A stretch of 63,042 nucleotides of DNA, the filler included. It is 14 parts of 14 records of this genome, joined end to end, with 100 filler letters (N's around TTAATTAATTAA, not from the genome) between each part and the next. Parts side by side here need not be neighbours in the genome. Positions count along the whole stretch, not along the records: positions 15,364 to 18,407 come from SRR11831585_578; positions 18,508 to 23,229 come from SRR11831585_583; positions 23,330 to 26,179 come from SRR11831585_587; positions 26,280 to 29,472 come from SRR11831585_595; 10 more parts are not named here. One strand, written 5' to 3'. Position 1 is the first letter of the stretch, and every line of letters begins with the position of its first letter. Positions 15,547 to 26,697 of the stretch are shown here, piece by piece. The position numbers and the translations under genes are program-made. Under the pieces are notes generated by a model that saw only the letters and a list, made by a program, of their open reading frames with translations, ran no database searches and was not told the origin of the DNA.

Positions 15547-15996
15547 CGGTGGCACTGTGACAATGTGGCTCGGGTTTCTGCTGATCGCGGCTTGTATGAT
15601 CCCAGGCATTGTGATCGGCATGATCGGTAGTACACGTTACGGACATCCATACACCGTACGTGCGAGTTGTTGTTTAGTATCACACCATCGGTTGAGTCGT
15701 GCATGTGTGTGCGGTGTCTTGTTGTACGTTATAGTTTGATATCTCTGTAAGTGCGTATTTTCAGTTCACATTCACCCATTTCTTGAGCTGACTCTAACGA
15801 TTGTGTGTGTCTGTATGTGCTTGTGTCTGTATAGCCTCTGGATGCGTCGCCCTACGCCGGATACCGCGTCCCAGCCGACATGGTATACGATATGATGTAC
15901 CGCGACGACTCACAGGCAAACATGTTCAGCCAAACCCCGTACCCGAGTGCAGGCAGCGGGGAGGCCGCACCGCCCAAGCCCGTCGCGCTCAGCTAA
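15547..15996 (+). CDS. Last two exons of a spliced eukaryotic membrane-protein gene
   Basis: Exon 15547-15655 (GGTVTMWLGFLLIAACMIPGIVIGMIGSTRYGHPYT, a TM helix) ends at a GTACGT donor; the intron has a CTAAC branch-like motif; exon 15835-15996 reads PLDASPYAGYRVPADMVYDMMY...PVALS*; phase 0 matches. Confidence 0.6.
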
Positions 15997-16998
15997 CACA
16001 AGAACGTGCGTTGTGCTACTCACACGCACCCTGGGTGGGGGATTGGTGGTGTGTGGATGGTGGTGGTGGGTTGGAGGGAATGAACGGGACGTGTTTGTTA
16101 TGTCCGTCCGTGTTTGTTGCGTGGGTTATCGTGGGAAGACGGTAGTGGTAGAGTCGATACGAAGCAATGCACATGCAGAGGAGGAGAGAACCACAACGTC
16201 CGGTGGATATATTTGTACAGTAGGGGAGGGGGGTTATAGGCAGTCATAAGAGTGTTCGCATGGGGCCCGACGTAAAACACATAATGTTGATTTGGTGTGA
16301 TGGGTGACGGGCGCTGCTTGTGTCAAGCTGTGGGCTGTCAGTGTTTGAATGTGTTGACCAGAAGCACCGCGGTTGGTGGTGCTTGGTGAAGTTATGTGCA
16401 TGCGGGATGACTTATCTCGCATGTTTTGTGCGAACAGATGAAACAAGAAGACATTTGTTCGTGTGTGGTGCGGTAAAAGTGCGTACAAAAGTAAACAAAA
16501 CACTGTGAACATCCATCTTGGTCCTTCTTGTATCTTCTTGTGGCCCTCCTGTATCACTCAACGTGCATGTCACGTCTCGGTGACGACTTCGTTTCCTCCG
16601 TGTACTTGGCTGTATATGAGGTTGAACATGAAATAATGCCTCCGGCGAGTGTAGATGCATTCTTCGCTACAACGTCCACGTCTCGTCCGTGTGAGTCGCT
16701 CTCAGGCAGCGGCTAGCTGGTAGCAACGCACACATATGAACACATTACATACACAACTCTATCAGACTACAGTGGCAACTACCGCCAACTTAAATGCGGT
16801 GTCTGTCACCCATGCTAACATGAGTGTACAGGGGAACTCACAGTAGGGCATGACACGGCCGCATCATAAGTATCAATAATACTCGCAGCCACCGAGCCGA
16901 GATTAGTCGGCAGACCAACGATATCTTAACACAAGAAACCGCTAAACGGCATAGCCAGTAGCAATCGTAACACATGCGAATTACGAGAGAGAATGCGC

Positions 16999-17883
16999 TC
17001 ACGATTTTTCGATCACAACCACCTCGTACATGTGTGCTGCACCTGTATCCGGTGGTGGTGCAATTGTTGTTGTTGTAGTGGTTGATGATGGTGGTGGTGG
17101 TGGCGCGATCTCAACCTGTGCTACCATTTCCTGCTCGCGTCTCGTCTGCTCGCGTGAAATAGCGCGGTCGGTCCGCCGTAGACGCACAGAAATAAACACG
17201 CCAAGAACAATAGACCCCAGCACAGAGCCGGCAGAGATAATGGCAGCCCACGCCGCATCAGAGAACGCGGTGAGTCCATAAACACCGCGTACGTCAAAAA
17301 CCGAGATCCAGATCCAAGGGAAGATCACCGGAATTGCGAATTGTATAGCGACGAATAACATGCGAAGGAATAAGCTCTGAGAGCATGTGCGATGCCCTCG
17401 CAGTGTAAATATGCTGCGAACGGTTTCTCGATACCCCCAGATCAAGATGGCGATCGCGATTAGCGGTACGTAGTGCACAAAGAAGTTATTCAGAAACCCG
17501 ATTGCCTGGTTCTGCGGATATGAGTTCCAGAACAGCTCCGGCTGCACGATCCACATGACCGTCACAATTAACACGACCCCCCATACCGCTCCGTTCACCC
17601 AAAACAACATGGTCAGAATGGTCCATTTCATCAACGGGCGGCTCCAGATACCGCCCAGCGTTAGCCCATAAAAGATAATCTGCAACACGATGGCCCACAT
17701 CGAAAAGTAGATGCTGACTGGTACACCGGTTGCAACCACAGCAATGAAGTAGGTCAGAATGGCGGCTTCCCATAGAGTGTGAAGCACTATGGTAATTATC
17801 CGTCTCCTCCGCACAACTTTCGGATCTAATTCCGGCATCGGCGGATCTGACGGTAAAATCACGTTTCCTGTAGATTGCGCCAT
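16999..17883 (-). CDS. Intronless ~6-TM membrane protein, FAR-17a/AIG1/ADTRP-like
   Basis: 294 aa from MAQSTG; about six hydrophobic helices; YFSMW at the position of the (Y/F)LTxW motif and NNFFVHYVP resembling the NxxxHxxP motif. Confidence 0.6.
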   Translation of the reverse strand: MAQSTGNVILPSDPPMPELDPKVVRRRRIITIVLHTLWEAAILTYFIAVVATGVPVSIYFSMWAIVLQIIFYGLTLGGIWSRPLMKWTILTMLFWVNGAVWGVVLIVTVMWIVQPELFWNSYPQNQAIGFLNNFFVHYVPLIAIAILIWGYRETVRSIFTLRGHRTCSQSLFLRMLFVAIQFAIPVIFPWIWISVFDVRGVYGLTAFSDAAWAAIISAGSVLGSIVLGVFISVRLRRTDRAISREQTRREQEMVAQVEIAPPPPPSSTTTTTTIAPPPDTGAAHMYEVVVIEKS

Positions 17884-18407
17884 GCCTCTATATCCTTGCA
17901 GCAGAATCAGCCCGGTAAATGCGAACAAAAGTTCTCTATTGGTTAAAAATCCGTCATTTCAGCGAAACCCCCGGATCATCATTCGATTCGTATCATGATG
18001 TCATCCACGCGCAAGCTTTGGTGTGTGCGCCGGCATTCGCTATGTTTGCGTGTCACTTGCAAGCGAATACGTATGACTAAATGCATGGGCTATGTTCTCT
18101 AGCTGGTGAGTGAACGCCCGACATCGTGACCATAATACGGAGAGCCTAAGCAGACTACCTGCACCTCCGCAGTTTCTCGCAAAATTGACACGAATCACTT
18201 CCACATGTAGGCTTGCCACAGTGCTGTTTTAACTAGAGACACCACGGTGGTATCAGAACTAAAGATAAGAGTTTCGGAGGATAGGGGCGAACCCTGCACA
18301 TCGAGCGAGATTTTTGCCGATTGAGCGGTGATAAAATTTTGCTTCTGATAAACCTTGACACACCAAGACTGTTCAATCTAGGGCACATCTTCTCATAAAG
18401 AATCCTC

Positions 18408-18507
18408 NNNNNNNNNNNNNNNNNNNNNNNNNNNNNNNNNNNNNNNNNNNNTTAATTAATTAANNNNNNNNNNNNNNNNNNNNNNNNNNNNNNNNNNNNN
18501 NNNNNNN
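18408..18507. other. Artificial contig spacer
   Basis: N44-TTAATTAATTAA-N44. Confidence 0.99.
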
Positions 18508-19565
18508 AACTGACTACTCATCGGGAAAACATGGCGCTGACGAATGGTTTCTGCCATCACATAGCGGGTCAGTGGCACAATTAAATGATGTTCTTCCGCG
18601 ATAGGAATAAACACATCCGGTGAAATCCAGCCCTGACGCGGATTGTTCCAGCGCAGCAAAATCTCTACACCAATACATTGCTGGCTGCGCGCATTAAGCA
18701 AAGGCTGACAGAACAATTCGAACTCATGTTGCGCCAGGCCCAGATTGATTTCGCGGGAAAAGCTCATTCGGTAAGCGGTCGCCAGCCAGGCGATGTAGCC
18801 CACCAGTAAACTTAGCAGCACCGCCAGCGGTAATTGTGTTGGAAGATAGTGCCATGCCAGCGCCGTAGCCCCCGGACCATTAACGTTAATGGTAAAAGGA
18901 AAGCGTTGCGAAGAAACCTGATAGTTTTCATTGTCTTCAGGTTGCGGAAGGGAATCTACCAGCCCATTACCATAGAGCAAATGCCGTTTGTCCACCGTCA
19001 GGCTGGCGCTACTGATTTGCGGCAGTTGTGGCTCAAGCAGCATTGCCGTCAGTAAGTCGATGTTAATCATCTCCATGACCCCAGCATTGCTACTGCCCGC
19101 TGCAGGCGTCCATTGAATCAAAACCGGACTGCCTTTAATCAGGGCACGGTCGATCGTCAGGCGTAAAAGTGGTTGCGGTGCAGGAAGTTCAGCCAGAATG
19201 TCCACGACGGGCACATTGCGATAACCAAAAATGCTGGAGCAATAAAGTGTGCCGTCTTGCACCAGGCCAATGGATCGCACAGTTTGGAGTTTTGCCGCCT
19301 GTTTACGTAATGGCAAATGGGCGACAGAGCAGGGCAGACCAATCAGCGGAAGCAAGACTTCGCTACCTGCCTGTAGGGGAAGCAGTACTTTATCTAATTC
19401 CTCTACAGCGTGATTGGCGAATTGTACTACCCGTTGTTGATTTAAGTTACGCTGTGAAATAAATCGCACGCTCAGGGTCGAAGCGAGCGTAACGAGTGCG
19501 CAAATCGTACAAACAATCATTCGATTACGACGATAGGTTTTAATGATCCGTTGTGCTTTTTGCAT
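18508..19565 (-). CDS. pdeD: CSS-EAL c-di-GMP phosphodiesterase PdeD (YoaD), 3'-truncated
   Basis: Starts MQKAQRIIK; YCSS motif; EILLRW and FIPIAE EAL motifs; downstream of sdaA. Confidence 0.93.
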
Positions 19566-19660
19566 GCGGGCCACCCTGTAAGCGTATGGCGACAAACGCC
19601 TGACGCAACAGTGGAAGTGTAGTGGGGAATATTACAGCAGACGAGAAAGCGGGTATAAAT

Positions 19661-19685
19661 TCGCCCATCCGTTGCAGATGGGCGA
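19661..19685 (-). terminator. Hairpin after sdaA (probable terminator)
   Basis: TCGCCCATC-N7-GATGGGCGA inverted repeat. Confidence 0.6.
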
Positions 19686-19695
19686 GTAAGAAGTA

Positions 19696-21060
19696 TTAGT
19701 CACACTGGACTTTGATTGCCAGACCACCGCGTGAGGTTTCGCGGTATTTGGCGTTCATGTCCTTACCGGTTTCGTACATCGTTTCGATGACCTTATCCAG
19801 CGAGACGCGCGGTGCACTGGTGCGGCGCAGAGCCATCCGCGCGGCGTTAATCGCCTTCACAGAGGCAATGGCATTACGCTCAATGCACGGCACCTGAACC
19901 TGCCCTGCAACCGGGTCGCAGGTTAAACCAAGGTTGTGTTCCATGCCAATTTCCGCCGCCACGCAAACCTGTTCCGGGCTACCGCCCAGCAGTTCTGCAA
20001 GACCCGCAGCAGCCATTGAACAGGCAACACCCACTTCGCCCTGGCAACCAACTTCCGCACCGGAAATAGAGGCGTTCATTTTATACAATGCACCAATCGC
20101 GCCCGCTGCCATAAAGTAACGGGTATAGATGTCCGGGCTGACCGATTCAATAAAGTGGTCATAGTAAGCCAGCACTGCCGGAACGATACCGCAGGCACCG
20201 TTGGTTGGCGCAGTTACCACACGACCACCGGCGGCGTTTTCTTCGTTAACTGCCAGCGCAAACATGTTTACCCAGTCAATGACATTCATCGGATCGTTAG
20301 ACAGTTTATCGCTGGAAACCAGCATCCGGCGCAGGGCAGACGCACGACGTGGCACGCGCAGCGGGCCTGGCAGTACACCTTCGGTGTTCATCCCGCGATC
20401 GATACATGCCTGCATGGTTTGCCAGACATGCGCGAAATACTCGTCGATCTCTTTCTTGCTGTGCAGCGCCAGTTCGTTCTGCATAGCGAGACCAGACAGC
20501 GAATAGCCGGTTTCATTACAGTACGCGAGCAGTTCGGTGGCAGATTTGAACGGATACGGCACGCTTACTTCGTTGGCAGCATCCTGACCAAAGTGTTCTT
20601 CATCGACGATAAAACCGCCGCCGATGGAATAATAAGTTTTGCTGTAGACGACTTCATCGCCGTTATAGGCGTGGATTTGCATACCGTTTTCATGCAGCGG
20701 CAGGTTGCCGTTATGAAAACGCATCCCGTTGTCGCGCGGGAAATCCACTTCATGCCGTCCCTGTGCCAGCAGCAGACGTTCGCGCTCTTCTACGTCGCGA
20801 ATAAAACCGGGAATACTGTCGATATCCACGGTGGCAGGTTCGTTACCTGCAAGACCCATAATAATGGCGATATCGGTGTGGTGGCCTTTACCCGTCAGCG
20901 ACAGTGAACCATAAACGTCCACGGCAACGCGAGTAACGCTATCCAGTAAGCCTTTTTCGACCAGATCATCGACGAACTGTTTACCTGCCTTCATAGGCCC
21001 TACGGTATGGGAAGATGAGGGACCAATCCCCACCTTAAACATGTCGAATAGACTAATCAC
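19696..21060 (-). CDS. sdaA: L-serine deaminase I
   Basis: [16 protein letters not shown] and [16 protein letters not shown] motifs; GTG start. Confidence 0.97.
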   Translation of the reverse strand: MISLFDMFKVGIGPSSSHTVGPMKAGKQFVDDLVEKGLLDSVTRVAVDVYGSLSLTGKGHHTDIAIIMGLAGNEPATVDIDSIPGFIRDVEERERLLLAQGRHEVDFPRDNGMRFHNGNLPLHENGMQIHAYNGDEVVYSKTYYSIGGGFIVDEEHFGQDAANEVSVPYPFKSATELLAYCNETGYSLSGLAMQNELALHSKKEIDEYFAHVWQTMQACIDRGMNTEGVLPGPLRVPRRASALRRMLVSSDKLSNDPMNVIDWVNMFALAVNEENAAGGRVVTAPTNGACGIVPAVLAYYDHFIESVSPDIYTRYFMAAGAIGALYKMNASISGAEVGCQGEVGVACSMAAAGLAELLGGSPEQVCVAAEIGMEHNLGLTCDPVAGQVQVPCIERNAIASVKAINAARMALRRTSAPRVSLDKVIETMYETGKDMNAKYRETSRGGLAIKVQCD

Positions 21061-21243
21061 GATAATACTCCTGACAAGGTGACTGGACTTCCAGTAACGA
21101 ACTAATAACAGCGCATAGTGTAAGAGGGAACGCGGCGACTGGCTTAACTATTCACATGAATTAAACTAATCAAAAACCGCGATTTAACTAATATTGCGAT
21201 GATTGTCTCAAGTAGTGTTTTGTAGATGTAAAGATAAGTATAG

Positions 21244-21822
21244 TCAGGGTTTCACACCAATTTGCAGCGCCAGCTCACGAATTATGCCTGCGGTCATTCC
21301 CCATACAAAATACTGTTCGTACCAGGACAGCCATACCCGATGTGAATCACCACGGCGGTAGATATCTAAAGGGTGATAACGACCCAGATGTAATGCCTGG
21401 GCGAGCGGCATTTCAAACACCGCCGAGACTTCATCTTCACTGGCGCGATACGGCAGATCGGGCGGGATAATGCCGACCACTGGGGTTACCTGGTAGCCAG
21501 TGACGCTATCGACGGGCGGCAGCACGCCGATAACTTCAACGGCGGAAGGCGGTATAGCGACCTCTTCTTCAGCTTCGCGCAGCGCGGCGGCGATAGCTGA
21601 TGCGTCCGTGTCATCGACTGCACCTCCAGGGAATGCCACTTGTCCAGCGTGTTTACGCAGATGAATCGAACGCTGAGTCAGCAACAACCCCGGTTGCGGT
21701 CGACGGACGATGGGGATTAACACAGCAGCCTGACGATGATTTAGGGTTTCCCGGTTAATTTGCGGGCGCAAAAGTTGAAAGCGCGATAAAAAATCATCAA
21801 GCGTCAGGCTACGGTATTCCAC
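21244..21822 (-). CDS. nudL: Nudix CoA pyrophosphatase NudL (YeaB)
   Basis: [10 protein letters not shown]...ALREAEEE NuCoA/Nudix motif. Confidence 0.95.
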
Positions 21823-21825
21823 GTC

Positions 21826-23187
21826 TTACTTCTCCAGTTGCTTCAGGATACGATTAACTTTATCAAAAGTTTCCTGATATTCCGCTTCTTCCTGGCTATC
21901 GGCGACAATTCCACCGCCCGCAGAGCAGAAAATTTGTCCGTTAATGGCAGTCAGCGTGCGGATAGTAATACTGGTATCCATGTTGCCGCAAAAGCTCAAA
22001 TAGCCAATGCTGCCGCACCAGGCATTGCGTCGCTGCGGTTCCAGTTCGTCGATAATTTCCATAGCCCGTACTTTCGGAGCCCCGGTTATTGAGCCACCAG
22101 GAAAAGCTGCGCGCAGCAGATCGCTGGCGTGTAACTGTTCTGGTAGTTGCGCCGTTATGGTGCTGACCAGATGATGCACGGCAGGGAAGGGTTCCACCAC
22201 GAACAGCTCTGGTACTTTTACCGAACCTGCTACGGCAACACGACCGATATCATTACGCATTAAATCGACAATCATCAGATTTTCGGCACGATCTTTCGCT
22301 GAGTTCGCCAGTTTTACTGCTTGTTTGCTATCTTCCTGAGGATCGGGCAGGCGTGGTAGCGTGCCTTTAATCGGGCGGGTCTGGATTTCACTATTATCAC
22401 AAAGAATAAACCGCTCTGGCGAAAGGCTTAAAATTGCACCCTGTTCAAGACGTAAAAAAGCGCTAAATGGCGCGCGGTTGGCCTGATTAAGCTGAAGGAA
22501 TGCCTGCCATTCATCGCCAGAATAGGTCGCATGAAAACGTTGGGCGAGATTCACCTGATAGCAATCACCGCTGTGCAGATATTCCTGTACCTGGCGAAAT
22601 TTTTCGCCGTACTGCTCGCGGGTCATATTGGATTGCCAGTCGGAAGTGAGCGTGAAATCTTCCTGCGGCGAGAATTGCTGGCTTTCCAGCCAGGCCCGAC
22701 GGGCATTGACATCATTATGACTCAGCAAAGAAACTGTATGACGCTGGTGGTCGACAATGAGCGCCCAATCGTAGATACCCACTGCCATATCCGGCAGAAC
22801 GATATCTTGTTCCGCAATTTCTGGCAGTGACTCAAAACGGCGGCCCAGATCGTAGCCAAACAACCCCAGTGCGCCGCCCTGAAATGGCAAATCTTCGTTA
22901 TGCGTTGGGCGAATGTCTGCGCGATCCAGCACCTGCTGGAGCACCTGTAGCGGGTCATCAGTGGTCGTTGTGCGTTTTTCGCTTTCACTAACAACGGTTT
23001 CTTTACCGAAAGTGGTTAAAGTGCAAATCGGCTCGGCGACCACAATATCAAAGCGGCTATACGGATGATCGGCATAGCCGGAGTGTAAAAGCATCGCCCA
23101 CGGCAGGTGGCTTAAGCGGGAGAAATAAAATTCAGCGGCGTCCTGACGCCAGGGTAAAGTAATCACAGCGGGAGATAACGTCTTCAT
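21826..23187 (-). CDS. pabB: Aminodeoxychorismate synthase component I
   Basis: SPERF, PIKGT, MIVDLMRND and GSITGAPK motifs. Confidence 0.98.
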   Translation of the reverse strand: MKTLSPAVITLPWRQDAAEFYFSRLSHLPWAMLLHSGYADHPYSRFDIVVAEPICTLTTFGKETVVSESEKRTTTTDDPLQVLQQVLDRADIRPTHNEDLPFQGGALGLFGYDLGRRFESLPEIAEQDIVLPDMAVGIYDWALIVDHQRHTVSLLSHNDVNARRAWLESQQFSPQEDFTLTSDWQSNMTREQYGEKFRQVQEYLHSGDCYQVNLAQRFHATYSGDEWQAFLQLNQANRAPFSAFLRLEQGAILSLSPERFILCDNSEIQTRPIKGTLPRLPDPQEDSKQAVKLANSAKDRAENLMIVDLMRNDIGRVAVAGSVKVPELFVVEPFPAVHHLVSTITAQLPEQLHASDLLRAAFPGGSITGAPKVRAMEIIDELEPQRRNAWCGSIGYLSFCGNMDTSITIRTLTAINGQIFCSAGGGIVADSQEEAEYQETFDKVNRILKQLEK

Positions 23188-23229
23188 CAGTCCTGACTCT
23201 ACTGGCTATGTGCCGGGTAGCATGAAATA

Positions 23230-23329
23230 NNNNNNNNNNNNNNNNNNNNNNNNNNNNNNNNNNNNNNNNNNNNTTAATTAATTAANNNNNNNNNNNNNNN
23301 NNNNNNNNNNNNNNNNNNNNNNNNNNNNN
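23230..23329. other. Artificial contig spacer
   Basis: N44-TTAATTAATTAA-N44. Confidence 0.99.
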
Positions 23330-23404
23330 ACACACAAACACACACACATACACACACACGCACCCGCACATAAACACACACATAAGCACAGCCACCTCGC
23401 ATAC

Positions 23405-25112
23405 CATCCAAGGACAGACGCCGCTGCGCAATAAATGGTGTGTGGGCAGAATGTGGAGTCATAGGGGTTTGCACGAGCGCACTGGGTGCAGGTGATGACG
23501 GCACCACCACTGATAAAGAGGAGGAGTTGTTGTCAGTGGTTAGGGCACGGATTTCTTGTTCGAAGGTGGGAGATAGCAGGTCGGTGGGGGTTGTTTCCTA
23601 GCAACACACACGCGAATGTCAGACGAGCAGCACACTACACGCATAACACACACGAAAACCCGCAAACACATACATGCATACACAAACACTACACAGCATA
23701 ACACACACAACACAACACACACATGCAAACACGCAAACACACGCAACACACAGACATACACATACAAACACACATATACATATGTATACCGCAGGCAAGT
23801 AGCCCCAATTTCTCTGATCCACCGCGGAGAAGTCATAAAACGCACTCCATTTGTTGTTAAATACATTCAGACGCGCTTGCTTGAACTGGTCTATACACAC
23901 AGAGAGAAAGGAGGTGATGAAGATCATGAGAACGATCAGATTATTGACTGTGGAGTTCGCGTACTACTTGAGCGATAACAGATTGACCACTTGTATAAAC
24001 CACGTTTACATACACGCACATTATATAAGCGCACATATACACACACAGTATTACTACACACATAAACGCACGTGCATAAAACACACATATTTATGTATAT
24101 ATGAGAACACAACGACGCAACACTAACATACACACACGTACCAGCCAGCTCTGGGTAGTAGCCCTGAAAGCACCCAAACCGCATATGTTTGGATGTTTCA
24201 ATGATGGGGTCAGTCATGCTGTACAGCAGACAGTCCACATTCTCACAATCCCTTGCTCTACAAACATACAAGAAAAACGCACACACACGCGTACACAAAC
24301 AGACAGGCAGACAGACACAAAGAGAGACACACGCGCGCACACAACGGGGGGTTCTGTTAGGGGAAATCTGATACGGGGAGCAACCCAGAGAACGTATACA
24401 ACGAAACAAATTATACGTAAGTACAGAAATAAACAAAACAGACACAAGCACGCACATAAACACAAAACAGAGATGTAGAAAGCTGCCACAGATACACAGA
24501 CTCATTCACTATCAATCCGACACAGCCATCAAACAACAACTGTACGCTTCGTATATAACACAGACAACCAACAGCACATACCGAAATTGCTGGCATGCCA
24601 TTACAAACTTGCAATTGCTGCAATCGCGAACAAACACGCTACACAAAAAGTGCATGAGCATTGCGGACGTGTGGATTCGCACACGCAAAAAACATTAAGT
24701 CTTACTTCGCTTCACAACTTGTACAGTTGCAGCGTACCTAGAAGATGTAGGACCAATGAAGAACCGGCTATTCTTGCATACATCCACATAGATGGAATCC
24801 GCGTGATCAAACAAATACACATCGCAGTTTTCCAGCTCTTCAATTTGCAAGCTCTGCCCACGGATATACCTGTACACCCAACCACGCGCACGTTAACGAG
24901 AAGTGATCAACGTGCGCAAGTACGATGGCGCCAATTACATACAGAGGCTTTCGAATGATAAGCTCCCCCTGGCGCTTGGATATGAGAAAGTCCTCCGCCT
25001 TCAGCGGTGGCAGCTCCACAGCAGGCTGAGAGGGCTTCTGCGATGCCGATGGCGCAGATGCGGAATCGTCCCGCAAAGCTTGTTTTGAGGGACGCGATAG
25101 AAGACACCCCAT
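23405..25112 (-). CDS. RP2: RP2/XRP2-like ARL3 GTPase-activating protein (TBCC domain), spliced, 3'-truncated
   Basis: Phase-consistent exons 25112-24943, 24869-24738, 24638-24582, 24257-24142, 23890-23790, 23597-23405. Starts MGCLLS; contains FFIGPTSS|SVFVRDCSNCKFVMACQQFR|ARDC...TDPIIETS...GCFQGYYPEL...FNNKWSAFYDF. Confidence 0.9.
23598..23789. repeat. Degenerate CA/TG microsatellite filling an RP2 intron
   Basis: Long imperfect (CA)n; similar tracts in the neighbouring introns. Confidence 0.8.
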
Positions 25113-26179
25113 TGTATTCACGAGCGCACGACACTCGCCACTGTCTCTCTCAGCTAGCACAGGTTTAGCACTGGTGCACAGGTGAAACAGAATCTTCGGG
25201 GAAGTTTCTCGTAACTACATGCATCGCAGAATTTGGATTGATTCGCTCTCGTGATGTTCATACGGTGCCAGATGTTCCTGTAACGTGTTATATTACACGC
25301 CTGTAGTGTTTTTGTACGCACAACGCGCGTTACTGCCCTATTGTTGGCTCGATGAGCCTCAATCTGCAAAACATAAACACAACCATACATATTTCGTCCA
25401 CGGAATTCACTTCCAAGAGCCCCTACGCTGGGCTAGGCCTTTATGCTTCACAATACTGTATGCTGCGACGCACGAAACGCAACACGAGCATGCACGCTCC
25501 AGACGGCGTAGTAACAGTAGGCCTCGTGTCTTTGTGTCGAGAGGCGAACAGTATACAACCTAGGGGACTTCTTACATAATGAATACTCCAGATACGACCG
25601 ATATCGAAGCATAGGGATGCAACACAATCCAGATCCCAAGTTGCCCCGCATAGAAGGTGCTAGCTCTTGTGTCGCCGCTCACCCCATGAAGTCGATGGCA
25701 CCAAGGGGCTCGATCTTGGATGAACGAATTCATGTATCGATACTTGAGTGGGAAAAAAGGCAGACGCACGTCGGTGAGGCTCGAGCGCTAGCCATGCAGG
25801 CTCAAGACCCAGACGTACAGGTGTCTATAGGTGGATGCTGAGACCTGGTGACTACGTACCAATATGTTTCATTATTGTTTGTGTATCGTGTGGCGCACAA
25901 CGTGTTGGGCCCAGCACGCAATATGCCCCGTGCCAGTGCTATATGTGCCATTAGATACGATTTGATACAAAAACTGCTTCCACTGTGTGCATTTCATCTT
26001 GATTCACTTATTACATTCATCTCATGCCCCGGGCCCCTCCTTCGAACGTCCTAATCTCTCTGTGCACATGCACGCCCACAGGAACACTCAACACCCGTGT
26101 GACACCGTTCTGTATCGGCTGTCTGTCTGAGACTGAAGCACGCTCCCGCTACGAGCAGCTCACTGCGAGCGTGACTGCG

Positions 26180-26279
26180 NNNNNNNNNNNNNNNNNNNNN
26201 NNNNNNNNNNNNNNNNNNNNNNNTTAATTAATTAANNNNNNNNNNNNNNNNNNNNNNNNNNNNNNNNNNNNNNNNNNNN
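26180..26279. other. Artificial contig spacer
   Basis: N44-TTAATTAATTAA-N44. Confidence 0.99.
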
Positions 26280-26697
26280 GCGTGCGGTTGTATAGGTGGG
26301 CGGTGAGAAGCAGTTCAAGATGGCCAGAGCTCACAACTGGCGAACGTCGCTCACTTCTGTTACGGTGAGGTTGTGTTCGTAGTGCTGTGTGGTGTGGAGT
26401 GCAGCGACAGGCGTGCGCAAGGAGTATGCGTCCTGTTTGTGTGGGAGAGGGAGTGTGAGTGTGAGTGCGCGAAACGAAATTACTTTTATTACTCTTCTCT
26501 GAAAGATGAAGAACCAACCCACCACCACAAATACAACGGAACAGATATCGATACATGATAATGTGCACGCTACTGTTGATCACGGTGCTTCGACACGAGT
26601 GCTCGGGTACATAAAGCCTGACACACATGCACCGCACGATAGCATTCAGAGCACGACGGTGGCTCGTAATATGCAGTGACTCACGGATGCAGGCATC

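Noticed and set aside
16000-16990. Short ORFs between two convergent eukaryotic genes
   Set aside because: No coherent splice model or homology cue; likely 3' UTRs and intergenic DNA.
23540-24505. Cys/Val-rich and His/Thr-rich ORFs as metal-binding proteins
   Set aside because: They are translations of intronic CA/TG microsatellites within the RP2 gene.
25113-26179. Possible gene upstream of RP2
   Set aside because: Only short ORFs with no recognisable motif or consistent exon chain.
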